Shown here piece after piece: positions 23,180 to 37,160 of a DNA stretch of 64,000 bases; position 1 is the first letter of the stretch; every line of letters begins with the position of its first letter. The notes below the pieces were generated by a model, which did not search any database, was not told the origin of the DNA, and saw only the letters and a program-made list of their open reading frames with translations. This DNA comes from Narcine bancroftii (lineage: Eukaryota). The DNA is taken from NCBI RefSeq assembly GCF_036971445.1, contig NC_091473.1, positions 205,902,001 to 205,966,000 on the forward strand. Reading direction: 5' to 3'. The translations under genes were made by a program, and so were the position numbers.

Positions 23180-23990
23180 AACGATTTTCATTGCCAGTTG
23201 ACATATTGATGAATTGCGCCTCCTACGGCTATACTGGAAGCGTCTTTCGAAAAGGCGGTGGCTACATTTAAAACTGGGTAACTGAGCGTAGTGAAAGGTA
23301 TCAGCAAATCTTTTGTCTTTAAAAGGTTTAGTTTCCCTCTTCAGTCCAAAGCATTGTCCTGGCGTTTCCAGAGAGTAAACCAAAAAGGCGTCATGATAAG
23401 AGCTACTCCGGGAAGAAATCATCGGTAAAAACTTAACATTCCCAAGAATTTCTGCATGGTTTTAACCGTAGCTAGTCTTGATTATTTGATAATGGCATCA
23501 ACTTTGGATGGCAGCTTAGCCACTCCTCCCTGAGTAACCCTATGCTCCAATAAATCAATCGTTTCTTGTTTATAAACGCATGTATCTGGATTGATGGTCA
23601 GTCCAATTTCTTGAAGAGCATAAAAAGGGTACCAAGATTTTCCAAATGTTGTTACTTCGTCGCACTCGTCACGAAACTATTGTCGAAGTGAATGAAAACA
23701 TTGGGCATAGCATGTTCTGAAGTATGCATCACCCGCTGAAATAATTGATCAGCATTCTCTAATCCGAATAGCATTCGTAACAATTCAAACAACCCAAATC
23801 GGGTAATTATTGTTGTTTTAGGAATGTCTTCTGTCTCAACCGGTACTTAGTGATCCCACACACCAAGTAGATTTTCGAGAATATCTTCCCTCCATGCAAA
23901 TTAGCCGAGAAATCCTGAAGGTCGGGATATCGCTGCTGTAATAAATGGCTAATTGTAGAGATGATCCTCGATCATGACATTCATCCTCCT
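23180..23990 (-). mobile_element. Degenerate Ty3/Gypsy RT fragment (a different element from 37-43 kb)
   Basis: Minus strand around 23770-23835 reads EDIPKTTIITRFGLFELLRMLFG, and QKFLGMLSFYR near 23420-23455. Confidence 0.7.
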
Positions 23991-24689
23991 CGAGACAAAG
24001 GTGGGAATTTTGAAACTGTTAACTGCTCATAGTTTCTGCTCCGTGGCAGGATGGCCTGTGGCAAAACCAATGGCTGGAAATATACTAACTTCTCAAACTG
24101 TGTCCACCTGAAATGTTCGGTGGGGCAACTGGTCCCATACATAGAATAGGCTTGCAGGTTCACAGCAACCGCCACAAACTTACTGGTGGTTGGCATGGGT
24201 GTTTCCTGCAAACTCGCATGGAAGAACACGAAGATCAGGTGTCCAAAGGCTGCTTTGCTTTGCTTGCACCTTGCCTGATGGTAGGGAAGGATGTGCTAAG
24301 AACACTAGAGTGCTACACGGGGCCAATATCGAAGGGTCTGGTTGTGTGGACTTGTCTTACTTTGCTGTGCTTTTTAAATTTTAACGAATCACGAGCATAC
24401 CCTTCCTTCTTCTTATAGATCTCTATAAATATTAATGTTTAAAATTTCCTGTTGTGGTTTTCTTGACACTCTTCTATTACCCATATTTTATATTTAGTTT
24501 GTCGGGGTTTCGGGAGGGGTGGGAGGATTGATAGGATTTTTTCCTTTAGCATTTCTTTAATCTAATTCCTCTTTTAAAAAATACCACCCGTATTTGGATT
24601 AAGTTTGAAATATCGTGATATTTTTGCAATGTGGTTTTATTTTAAATGAAGGATATAAAACAGCGATGAAGTGTTTGAAAGGCTGGTGA

Positions 24690-26022
24690 TAAAGCTTATC
24701 AGCGGTGACATTGATTCATTTCAGTTCGCCTATTGCAGCAACAAGTAAATGGCAAATGCCATATCACTTCCCCAACATGAAGCCCTGGAACACCTGAACA
24801 GCAAAGTTGCATATATTAGGATGATTTTTATTGTCCGCATTTTTACATTTAAGACCATCATGTCCTAAAAACGGATTGGCCAACTCCACGACTCGGTAGC
24901 TAACACCACATTGCTTAATTGGAACATGGATTTCTTTACCTCCATTTCTCAATCAGTGAAGATTGTTAAAAACGTCTCCTCCACAACCTCCAACGGTACC
25001 AGAGGACCACATGGATGTGTTGTTATCCCCTGCTCTATTCACATAACTCCTATGAATGAGTAGTTGGGTATGACATTAACAAAATCTAAACATTTGCCGA
25101 CGATAGTGGATTGATAAAGAATGGGGATGAGTTAGCATACAGGATGGAAATTGAAATCTTGGCTGAATGGTGCACTAATATGAAACTTGCACAGTCTAAC
25201 CAAACCTAAGAACTGATTGTTGATGTCAGGAAAGGAAAGCCAGTGGTGTGCAGTCAGGCGATCACTGGGGGAATCAGAGGTGGAGTGGGTGAGCACAATT
25301 AATTTCTGGGATGCACTATCTCGGAGGATCTTTCCTAGACCTAGCACACCATTGGCATCGTGAAGAAATCATGACAGCACTTCTACTTCCTCAGGAGTTT
25401 TTGGAGGTTTGGTATGAAAACAGAAACCCTTGCAAACTTCTAAAGATGTGTGGTGATAAGTGTGGTGATTGGCTGTATCGTGGTCTGGTATGGGATCACC
25501 AACACCCCTGAGTGTAAAGCTTTCCAAAAGGTAGTGGCGACAGGCCAGGAAATTACTGGCAAAACTCCCCCAACTATTGAGTGCATATACAGGGAACGCT
25601 GATTTCGGAATGCAGCAGCAATAATTTAAGACCATCACCACATAGCAGTTGGACTGCATTCACTACTGCCATCAGCAAAATGGTATAAGTGCCACAAAAC
25701 TCACACCTCGAGGTTCAGGAACGGCTGATACCCATTTACCATCAGAATCCTCTGAACAAAATTCAATCAGGGCTGAACCTAAGGACACTTATTTGGGTAT
25801 TTTATTGATTTTCTTTGCTCTCCCTGTATTGCACATTAGTTCGTTTGCATTAGTTATCATTTGACACTTATTTTGTTTGTTTATATATTTAAGCTGTGTG
25901 CCAGGAACTTTTGCTCTACCGTTTAGTGGTAATTCTGCCACACTCGCAGTAAAAATGGAATATCAAAGTTGATTGTGATGTCATGTATGTAATCTAATAA
26001 CAAATCTGAAATCTGAATTCTG
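24690..26022 (+). mobile_element. Degenerate Rex1/Babar-like LINE, 3' portion
   Basis: FADD..GLIKNGDELAYRMEIEILAEWC..KPKELIVD-like RT C-terminus. Tail aaatctgaaatctgaattctg. Confidence 0.7.
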
Positions 26023-28037
26023 TAAATCGAAAGAGCTAAATACTGAGACGCGAAATTGAACTTGAGTGAANNNNNNNNNNNNNNNNNNNNNNNNNNNNNN
26101 NNNNNNNNNNNNNNNNNNNNNNNNNNNNNNNNNNNNNNNNNNNNNNNNNNNNNNNNNNNNNNNNNNNNNNNNNNNNNNNNNNNNNNNNNNNNNNNNNNNN
26201 NNNNNNNNNNNNNNNNNNNNNNNNNNNNNNNNNNNNNNATTAACCTGCTCAAAATTTCCTATCTGGAGTGGAAAAACAGAATGATATTCTCTCGGATCCT
26301 TGATCATTCGCTAGTGCTCTAGAAGTTTGTTTGTTCCACTTCCTGTGGCTAAAGGATCGATGGATGTTTCAACTGTACCGATCCACTTAGATTTGCCGTC
26401 AAAAGCAGCAGTCGCTCTTCTTAATGTTGACTCTGTGGCCGCTCACATCAACGATCTCGCTAAGTTCTTTTGCTTCGAATGCGAATGCTATCAGATGATT
26501 GCTGATAAATTGTCCATCGAATCCGCTGTTTGTCAGATGTTGGTGCAGCAGAGTAGTAGGGTGATTGATTGGCATTTGTGTTGCTGCCTTTGGTTTGGCG
26601 GATGTTATTTATACTCACCCATGAAGTACTATGTGGTGCAGATTTGAGATTACTCCACCTTTCCTATTGCTATCTGCAAGCAGGAATTGTAGAATTGAAA
26701 TCATTATAAATATTAACATTGAAGATGAAAATCTTTGCCACACTGCTTTTGTGGAATGGGGCCACTAGGACTGAATGGACTTTGAAGTAACCAGTAAATA
26801 AGCCTTTAGACGGAGTACAGTCGGTAGCAGCATTGGCGGGCGAAATGGGATAATTGATTCTGGGTGTGCATACCTTCTGTGGCAGGCAGTAAAGTCAAAG
26901 ATACAAGATACGAAGGTACTGATGCACGTTATTATGGTTATGGAGGCGGTTAAAGGCCTTGATCAGGCTGAAAAGCATTAGGCTGCTGGCAATTTATTTT
27001 TGCGTTGGATGTTATGCGATGGGACTGTATCGAAAGCCAAGTAGGTGCGTATGAAATGCATAATTATAGTCGTCAGTATAGTGGCATCCTATAACGTTGA
27101 AGGCATGAGTTTAAGTTAGATGTTGCCATACTTTAAGAATATGAAATGCTGTTCGTGGAGGTAGGGCTACTTGCAATTTGCTTTTTAAACGATTAACGAA
27201 GAAGAGTCTAATAAAATGATCTTGCTGCTTAAACGATTTCAATACATGAAATAAAAATGTGTTTCATTACATCGTCTCTTGTCTCCGAAATCTTGATCTG
27301 TGAAATAAAGAACGAAAGATAAGGAGAAATTAAAATATTTTCTCGCTACAGAGCAGTCATGTCAAAGTTACCTGCGAGGAGAATGTTTTGTGGCATCCTC
27401 AAACCGATCGGCAACCTCTGTATTGTGTATTTCATATCTTCACATGTGAATTAAATCTAAACCGAAGTTTTATCTCAAACCTATTACACACTCCTTAAAG
27501 CCGAGACATCAAGTCTAATGAGCTCATGCTGAATAAGGCGATGATCACTGATTCGGATATCCATTTCATTGAGAGAACATGGAAACGTTATCGGGATATG
27601 ACGTGTCTTTACAAAACAAAATAATAAAAAAGAGTTCCAACGAGGAACAAATAAACTGCAGCCCCATGGATTTTTATAATGTGAAAAGAGAAAGCGGGGT
27701 CACCCTGGGAGTCAGGTAGCATGCATGGTCACCAAACACATCAGATCATTACTCTTTGCACTGAACCTCTTATTGGTTCCGATCAGTCATTTTCACTGCC
27801 CATTGTAATGGACTGATGTTGTTTAAACCGTTGAGTTCCTTCATCTGTGTCTATTTACTCCATAGTTCCCAGGACCGCCCAATAGAGTGCGATCTCGTTC
27901 TCGGAGATGCAAGATAGAGGCAAGGAGGCTTTGCATCTGCTCCGCTATTTCACATATAATAGTTGATAACGGACGTCATTTTAATGCTCAACACCAATTA
28001 TTAAACTCGAATATTACACCCGAGTCCAATACTTTGT

Positions 28038-28045
28038 TGACGTCA
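28038..28045. promoter_or_regulatory. CRE palindrome TGACGTCA about 490 bp upstream of V gene 2
   Basis: Exact 8-mer. A second variant (TGTGACATCC on the minus strand, 28410-28419) lies ~115 bp upstream of the ATG. Confidence 0.4.
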
Positions 28046-28532
28046 TTCTTGCTCATTATAGCTAGATAAATAACCAAAGCCGAAGGACAGTGGTCCAAGT
28101 GTTCACAACTCTTCGAGGTGTCTCCAGATCGAATCGTTGTGTATATTTCTCATCCACCACTTGCTTTCAGGCTTAACAACACGATGTAATATCGACTTAA
28201 TCATTCACACCAGTGAGTATTGGAACGTTTCCCCACTCTATCACATTCTGCTTCGTTGCCGGATTGGAAGAAGTAATGTACTTCCTATCTGACTCAACTG
28301 GAACTCCATGAAATGGAGGAAAAACAAACTTTGAGTTGATTGGTGAAATGGAGGAACAAATGAGGAACAGGTGGGGGGGGGGGAGGGTGAGGAGAGCTTT
28401 GTGCTGAGCGGATGTCACACTGTCAATCACGAAAGAGACCAGATCTCACAGCACGTTTTTTCGTGCATTCAATTTTTAAAAATTCTGAGTTAGTTCCATT
28501 CAGGTCAAATTCACCCGAGATGCAACGGAGCT

Positions 28533-28584
28533 ATGTCATCTCTGTTTACTTATTGGCTTCTTACAACAGTTGCTCTTTACACCG
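28533..28584 (+). CDS. TRAV: TCR alpha/delta V gene 2, leader exon (MSSLFTYWLLTTVALYT-G)
   Basis: 52 nt, phase-1 donor G|GTAAGT. 479-nt intron 28585-29063 ends in tttcag. Confidence 0.85.
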
Positions 28585-29063
28585 GTAAGTTTAGGCATTT
28601 CCAATATCCTGCTTTATTCCACTACTGCAATGGATATTTAATTAGTGAATTTCATGCATAAACTGAAAGACTGGAAATAAGGAGAAAAATTCAGAATCGT
28701 GTATCCAGTTCTTTGTTGAGCAATGTCCGAGAGGTTAAGAGAATATTCATGTCAATTTAAGCAGACTTTCTGCTCTCCTTTGGGAATGGTAACACTTGCA
28801 CGACACGCCTGTCAGGCTGGCAATTATACTCCTGTTCTTAAGACTTAAGGTCAACGTGAAGATGATTAAGGAAAGGATGGATCGTATGGAAAGGCAATTT
28901 CATTAATTTCCTCCATGCTGCTACCTTCTCTTGAAGCGTCATTTCTTTTCTATATTTTTTTAATCTCAGACGAGTATCGGGGATGGTAGCAGTTCTGGAA
29001 AATGCGCGCAGTTAGATGATATTGGTGGAATTGGTAGATTAATGTTCTCCTGGAATATTTCAG

Positions 29064-29367
29064 GACATTGTCGAGGCGACGCCGTGTCTCAGACACCAAG
29101 TACGATCACAGTGACTGAAGGAATGGACGCGAATTTGAATTGCAACTATACAACAAGCACAAGCGCCCTTGGATTAATATGGTACCGTATGTATCCAGGA
29201 AGATCACTCGACTTTTTGTTGATTAGAACGCAATATGACAGTGGGGGAAAACAAATTCCCGGTGAACGTTTCTCGGCGGAGCTCGATCATTCGAAGGGAA
29301 TGGTTCCTCTGAAAATTACTGCAACGCAGCTGGGAGACGCCGCAATGTATTATTGTGCTCTGAGCCT
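29064..29367 (+). CDS. TRAV: TCR alpha/delta V gene 2, V exon, apparently functional; a divergent family with a single copy in the window
   Basis: HCRGDAVSQTPSTITVTEGMDANLNCNY..LIWYRMYPGRSLDFLL..ERFSAELDHSKGMVPLKITATQLGDAAMYYCALS. Open frame, canonical residues. Confidence 0.92.
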
Positions 29368-29406
29368 CACAGAGGTACGGAACTGGGCTGAGACTGTACA
29401 ACAACT
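29368..29406 (+). other. 23-spacer RSS
   Basis: cacagag (29368-29374) + 23 nt + acaacaact (29398-29406). Confidence 0.9.
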
Positions 29407-31779
29407 AACAGATCATCTCGCCGCGTATCAACGTGTGAAAATGAAGCTTTGAAAAATTATTTGCTGCTCCGTCCATGCGCCACAACCTAAATGTGAGGCT
29501 TGCGGTGATTATCCAATTTTGTGCTACTGCTAAAAATTAGCTTAATCAAATAACAGATAAAATTTACTGTCATGTAATAAAACAGCATTTGAATGTGAGA
29601 CTGCCAAAAGGTGGAGAAAGATTTTCCACTAGCATTAGCATTGCCCGGAACCCGTGTGAGTGAGAAAGAGTCCCTCCAGAACCTACGAGTGTCCGTGCAC
29701 ACCTGCAGCCTCTGAGACCGCACAATATTCCAGTTCAGTATAAACGATCGACAAAAGGCACCCAAATCCAAACATCGAGCCCAATGAGGAAGCCTAAAGC
29801 CCCAAGGATCCTTCGAGAGTCCTCATTGTCTTTAGTATCACCTTAAATCCTTATTACGAATACCGCTTCTCTTGTGGCAGCCTCCAGCAACCTGCAGCTG
29901 GTGTGAGTCTTGTGGCCTGGAGTCGGTAGCAGCCCGCAGCCTGTTTGCTTTCCACGCCTGTCAATCGCTAAGAGACCGCCACATGCTTGTGTTGTAGAGG
30001 CCATCGCTGGTCCGTCACGATGGTCATCGTACTTCTGTCGTATCCTCTGATTCGCCGCCTCAACGGGTATGTTCTTCCCCTTACTGGTGTCCTGCACCAG
30101 CCCACTCCTCTCGCAGAGTCTGAAACCCCACGTAGCCGTCAGCGGACACATTGGTTGATGGCTCCGAGGTCGCAGATATCAAAATCAGGCACTGTCGGTT
30201 CTTTTGTCAGGCCATTGTAAGCCTGTACAGAGCCGTCGTACAAGAACTGAATGCTAAAAAACCACAGGTCAGCACGAAATGTAGTGCTGCCTTTACCGCA
30301 GTCCCGGCAGTGCCGCCATTACATCTAAGTCTGCGCCTACAGTCACTTGGCCAGATGAAAGGTATGGCTTTGAAAAATTAGACAGAACTCTCTCTTTGCC
30401 TCGATCCTTTTCTCATCCGAGGTTATTCTCTTGTTCTGACCCCTTGACAGTGGGAAGAATTTCTCTCTTTAAATTAAAGCCATTACGGGTATAACCCGAC
30501 TCAACACTTTGAACATCCATTCTATCCTGTTTCACCTGTTGACGCACCTTATTAGCCTTTCATATTTGCATCCAGATTTCACTTTTATTTACTTAAAATG
30601 CCTCTCATTTATAAACCTCTCTGTGATAAAGCATCACCAGTGAAATTTACTGCAACTGCAACCTGACTTTGCAGAGCAATAGACCACAAACACAGGTGAC
30701 GAATGTTTGGATGCAATGGTACCACAAGGACGTGAATATGAATCATCACCACATCCTGATTCGGTGTATCGAGGAAACGGATAGGGTACTTTTCAGGACG
30801 CAGTTGTAGACATGTTAGACATAGATATTGCCATTTCAATAGATGTTGGCAAAACATTCTCATTCTCCATGCTATGAGACTTTGGGTGCTCATTTCATTT
30901 GTTAGGAAAATGAAGTACCCCTTTGATAGAAGGAGAATTATTTCTCGAAATTAACTACATTCGGAAACCTCTTGGTCTTGTTCAAGCTTTGCCAGAATGG
31001 GTCTCCTATCTGGTTAGCAAGGATTCCTTTCTCTGTTTTCACTCGGTTATCCCCATAGCTTGCATTTTTATTTGTAACATTATACACTGCTCCTATTAAA
31101 CAAAAATGTGACACTTACACAGCAGTTATGCTTTATTATTGCATCACCTGGTGAAAATTATTTTTGTTGGTTTTTCTGTATGAGGCAAAACAGAACGATT
31201 TACTCCGTATCGGCTGAAATGACAATGAACAATTAAATGTCGTTTTCTGTATCTATTTCTGTTATCAGCTAAATGCACAAGGATAATGTAAATAAAGATG
31301 TACCTGATATTATGCTTGAACACTATTTCAAAACGTGGGATTCCGATTTGAAATAATGCTGGCCGAATGTTAAAAGGATCAGTTTAACTGCAATAGATGC
31401 TTCAGAATCTTGCATCTATCGAAAAGTCTCTTTGGATTGACACATTAAACTGAAGCAAAAGTATGGTTTATAAGCTGAGAAAAGGTATTTACTTTAATTT
31501 AGCTTTCTCTTCACGCCCTTATATGTGCGCCTTAAATAAGAACAGTGTGGAGTGTGGAAATAGTCCAAGCCCCCCCAGCATGCCCACTCCGATTAAAAAT
31601 GGCCACTTATAGTAATCCCACCTGCCTGTTTCGTTGACATCCTTCGAATCCTGGCAATTTAGCCGTCTAGTCGTCTTAAGTATTAGAAAAAATATGTATC
31701 TGCAATACCTGCTTCGGGCGCCTGTACCCCACACCCACCACACATTAGTACCCCCTAAGGTCGTGTTAAATCTATCTTC

Positions 31780-32445
31780 CCTCACTTGTAGTTCCAGAAT
31801 CTCCTTCTCTGGGTAAAATACTACGTGAATCCGATTTACCCCACACTCGATCATATCACCCCTAACCGTCCTGAAGTCTAATGAGAAATGTTATGACCTC
31901 TCGAACCTCTCCATCCTGACCAGGCCTCTGAGTTCTGACAACATCCTGATAAATATTCACTTCATCATCTCCAGATTTACAACTTCTTTTTTTATTGCAC
32001 AGTAACAAAATCAGAGCATAAAAATATAAATATCGTAGAATAAAGGACTCATACAACTACAAATTACTTTCAAATATCTGTATCCATCACTATAGCTGAT
32101 ACAAACTAATCGGCAGAGAGACCCGTGACGAAAATATCAACCAGTTTAGAGATACTTTGTATCAGTAGGCTTCTGTTCTACAATACATTTCAGCTTCATA
32201 CCATGACTGCATAGATCCTGACAATGTTCGACCGCTGAAATACAACACCTCACGTTTCTGAATTAAATTCCAACAAGATTCAACAGCCCACCCAGCACAA
32301 CCTTTCAAGATTCAGCTGAAATATTAAGCAAACGTCTTCAACATCAAAAATGCCAGATACTCCAGTGTCATCCGGAAATTCGATTACCATTACACGTACA
32401 TTTTTATTTACATCATTGGTTTTAATGTCCAAACACCGAAGCCAA
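31780..32445 (-). mobile_element. Old CR1 remnant (cassette component)
   Basis: Homologous to 20150-20720 and 22450-23030. Confidence 0.6.
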
Positions 32446-32695
32446 TGTACGAAACAGAGCGAATGTGCTGAATAGTAATGAGTGGATAGTGACTGAGAAG
32501 ATGAATACTAGAAACGTATGTCTAGCAATTTCCTAAGTTGCAAGCGCCAGAAAATCAAGAATATGAGAACCGCCACATTCTCCCGTCAAGCAAAGTACCT
32601 GCAGCTGACTGGTGTGGAGTCAGACATATCAATTCAGCGGCAAAAACAGTGGGAACCATCTCCCTTCTTCCAAATTTGTTTTTGAAGCAGCAACC

Positions 32696-33125
32696 ACGTA
32701 CCCTCTGTGGTTCATGCTAAAAAAAAAATATCTGTTGTTTCCCTGTGAGTCAATGATTAAATGGATCCTTTGCCGTCCGTGGCTAAGATTAACCTTTAAG
32801 CATATCATACGTTCCGTGCTTTGTTGCTGGGGCCTTTGGTGACGAATCTACCTCCCAGAATCTATCTGAGGTATTGGTTGAAGAGGAACAAACTATAAGG
32901 CTGACTTGCAATTACCCGGAAACATTCGTTGCTAATCCTGAATATGCGCCGAGAAATGTACTAAAATATTTTGCATTGGGTTCGCACACCATCTTTCTGA
33001 TTTCTGTTGTTGATCAGAAAACAAGTTGTACGGTTCCTTTAATTACCTCCGGCGTCCTTGTCTTCGATTTAGCCGTGCCTTTCACACACATTACAGGAGA
33101 AAAGCAATAAATCGGCACAATAACC
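32696..33125 (+). pseudogene. Family-A V pseudogene with a retained 23-RSS
   Basis: Leader ATG->ACG and acceptor AG->TG. AFGDESTSQNLSEVLVEEEQTIRLTCNYPE..APRNVLK..DQKTSCTVPLITSGV. Trp41 and Cys104 are deleted. cacatta (33087-33093) + 23 + acaataacc (33117-33125). Confidence 0.85.
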
Positions 33126-35666
33126 CTCCTTACTAGTTACAGCGAGCTATAACCAAATGGCGGCCTTTCCTCCGTAAACAAAGCAAATATGAATGCTGAC
33201 GCATACGATCCTCGAGCAGAAACAAAAGCGGAATAAGCCCCGGACACAATTTAAAGGGTCAGGCAACTTCTGCGGAGTTGCATTATTTTGTCTTTTTGGG
33301 CCAAGAACCGGCATCACTCTCAGAATATATAGGGGAGAGTTTCAACGTAAAGAGGAGAAAGGTTGGCGTGGGACAAGGTATTGCAGGTGAGAGGTATAGT
33401 CGGATAGCACCTCTCTTCGAATGTGTTCCACACCCTTTTCCAGCACCGATGTCCTCAATGTATCTGAGTACTCCATAGCATCGACTGACTCTTCCTCAGT
33501 AACTACCTAACACAACTCCAATCAAGCAAAATTTTATGCGGTTACTAGTCAGGTCATTTCTCTTGAATATCCATTGAGCTGCACATTTCCACAAGTTCCT
33601 TACCTATGGGATCCAGTCGAATTATGTGGATAATTATTGGCGTCGGACATTAAATCCAGTAACCCAGTATAAATGCGTCCGGTATTTGTTAAGATGTTGC
33701 TTTGAAATCGTGTTGCCAGCAATTGTGAAGAAATTTAAAATCACAGAAATACTTCCTCGTTTTTGAACCAGGAAGCATTTGTGTTTTATGCTGCTTGACC
33801 ATGGCAGGGGGAAGCGTGCGTTTTTACAAGTTTGGGCACTGTACACATTTGAGGATCATAGCACTGATCAACTCTTTGTATGAGAACTTCGAAAAAAGGA
33901 ACTGATATCATTATCTTAAGCACAGGCTCCTTCATGAAACGTTGTTTTTTTCCAGTATCGTGGGGAGGTAAGGGCATGAGGTTCGTTCGAGGAATAGTGG
34001 GATATTGAGAGATACAATAATACATAGAGGGTGAGGAATTGTGAGGGAGAGACAGAGGCATGGAGACAGATGGACAGAGAGAGGTGGAAAACAGTCAACC
34101 CACATAAAGAAAAACTTTTAGAGATTCGTGGAGCGTGGATACAGTCAATACTTTTCACCTTGACCATGTCGATCAAAGTGTCCCACCCACACAAGTCTCA
34201 CCTTGCAATCGTATGTATCTCAATCACCTCATTCTGCAGCCTGTTCTGCATATCCACCACCTCCACGCTTTCCAAGCAATTGACTGTTCATAACGGAAAG
34301 GACCGACATTGAAAGTACTGCGCACGTGCAGCCGCTTGTCATAATCGATGCCTCTGATGATGGATTATTCGAGCCAGAGTACAAGGAGGAGACTAACACA
34401 GGCTCACGCAGATATATTGTAAATCCTCTCTTCTCCTATGTCGAAAACAGCACAGGGTGGGACAATTCTTCTGTTCCTTTAGGAAACTGGGTGAAGTTTA
34501 AAGTCAAATGTCGAGCGAGGAACGGAAGGGAAATTAATCGATGTGTTCTTTCTTATATTCCCTATTATTTCAGATTTAAGATTTGTTCACGAATATTCCC
34601 GAGATCATGGGGTAATTTTAACGTCGCTGCAGTCACTAAACAATCAAAATATAACACTGCAATGCATTAAGCATCTCCTTCAACATGAAGTTCAAATGAT
34701 AAACTATAATATTAGTTAATAATTAGGGTAATGTGTAAAATTTAAATACGTAATGTCCTGTTTGAACATGAAAAGGATTTGTATTTTCAACTAATAACTC
34801 AGATATAAGATTCCAGAAGTAATGGGGGTCTTTTACAACTCATTATCTTACTTTATAAATTTACTCCAATGCAATTAAATTGTTTGATTTGTGCCTGTTC
34901 CAAGTTCCTTTTTTCTTTATTTTATTACCTTCCTTTTTCTTTTAATAATATTCAAATGTAGGATTTGGCAACAGGGTTAGGTGAAGGGAACTCCTCTACT
35001 ATTTTCTTATTTCCTCCATTTTTGTATTTCACCAAAATATTAGAATATTAATTATGGATATGATTTACAATTTAAGTGTGTTAGTAATAAATGGAATATC
35101 CTATTTAGTTTATGTAATTGTCCACAGTATCTTACTGAATTGAACACTTTTTATGATATTTATTAAAAGGTATAAAATATTTTAAAAAGAAAGGATGGTA
35201 ACCTTTAACAGCACGAGTTAACAATAAGTAGCGAGATGATCTCCCCAGGTCAGTCTACCGTCAATGGAGACAAATGGTCAGTCAACTATTGGGGGCATAA
35301 ACGGTATCATGACTCCCTCCTCCAAAAATTGTGAAGCAATCATCCGGGAATTGTGAGGTGAGTCAGTCGTGGCGGGTCCAACCGAGGGTAAATCGATGTG
35401 ATGTTATCATACATATTTGACGGTTTAAACATATGATTTGAATTCGAGGGGAATGTAGCTTTACGTTCTAGACATTTGAGTCTCTACTTTCCACTAATAT
35501 GAGGGAATTTAGTAATAGGAAGATATTCAATGGTATTTCGGTGTTGAAACTAAAGCATTGAGTGAAGGCTTATGCAAATTATTTCTCCCAGAATTGCGCT
35601 TCCACTGACTTGAGGCGAAGAACCCACACAGGCTTTAGGTTGCTGGAGACAGGGTCAAAGGCTTCG

Positions 35667-35870
35667 CACTAGGCTGTGGAATGCAGCAGATTGGGTTGTA
35701 ATTGTCTGAAAGGTTACCAGGTATTGGAGCAGGATTCAAGAGGGGGACGAGTCCGCTGAAGAGATTCGCACTAGGCTGTGGAATGCTGGAGATTGGGTTA
35801 TAATTTGCTGAAAGGCTACCTGGTATTGGAAACAGGATTCAAGGTGGGGGCGGGGGGGACGAGTCCGCTG
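35667..35870. repeat. Two-copy ~100-bp tandem repeat
   Basis: gcactaggctgtggaatgc...ggacgagtccgctg occurs twice head-to-tail. Confidence 0.85.
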
Positions 35871-37016
35871 CAGGGTTCTGAACAATATTGGAGGTTCGCA
35901 TTTGAATCTCAGTTTGCTGATGGTTTGGACTTTAATCATGAACTGTATTAATCCTGCAGCATGAGATTGTTGCAATGCCTTCTGTTAAATCAGGTATCAT
36001 GGAGAAAAAAAATATGCATATAGTATATTCAAGCTAACCTGCACACCTCACCGAAGATGACCGACCCATACTGGTCCAATTTATCAATCCTATCAATTAA
36101 TTTGTCCGTCGAAATGTTTCATTAAATTTGCAACAATACCACCCCAGTTACCCCTATGATAGCTTGCTCCATTCACCCACCACATACGGTTTATTCAGTA
36201 TTCTATGGCGGCGGAATCTGCGGTGGCGCTGGATCTGAATGCACAGACATTTGTAGACTCCAGGGGAATTCTTTATTTCTTACCTTTCTTAATCTGACTG
36301 TAATAGGTGCTTCTGGAAGTTTTTTCCGATGACGAATCTGTCCAATTACAGCAGTGAACATCATTTTTTGTTGTAATAAGACACTTTTATTACCTGACGG
36401 TAAATTTCATATTGAATCCTGAATCTTGACTCTTGAATCTATTGAATTGGATCCTAATAGGTGACCTTAATAAACCATGTGTTGTGGGTTAATGTGGGTG
36501 AATTTCCTCTGCTTTTCAATCAGGATGAGCATCGAATTGCATCACCTTGCATGTCCTATTGGTTTTGCGATCAGGAGAAATATCTCCTTGATTTTTCTAA
36601 TCCAGTCGTCTTGTTGATAATCGAATCACAATGCAACAAATATTTTGGGGTACAACATTCTTTGTGTCTGTTCTGAATTGCTAAGGAAATATATTGCAGA
36701 CATTGCAAGAGAATTACATATATTTCAGACACAGGCATGCATGTACTCAATCATAGCGAGCGAATCGGGGCTGGGTTGGGGGGAGAGAGAGAGCGAGAGA
36801 GAAATGTATGATCTGCGATCGAGCACGCGGGATCGAGAATCGTATATCCAGAAATTCCCTCATTTGTAAGTGGCTAGCAAATAAGAACAGCAGATCCGCT
36901 CATATTCTCGCGTCAAGCAAAGAACCTCCGCCTGATCACTGTCACATTAGGAATACCAAATCCACAGCAGACACACGGTGAATCTTATTCACTCTTCCCC
37001 ATTTGTTTCCTAATCG

Positions 37017-37160
37017 CTCAACCCTCTCTGGTTGACGTTGAATATGTCATCTGTGTTTCACGGTGAAACCCTTTTTCAATGGATCTGCCGTGCCTCGTGT
37101 CTTCAGTTCAGTTCCAATCTGATCACAGTTTTCGTCTTTAGTTGCAGGGGACTTTGGTGA
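37017..37160 (+). pseudogene. Family-A V pseudogene: leader, intron and first codons of the V exon (the rest is at 43462-43680)
   Basis: Leader homolog PLWLTLNMSSVFH-G|gtga with no ATG. Acceptor ttgcag (37147). GDFG then the LTR. Confidence 0.78.
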
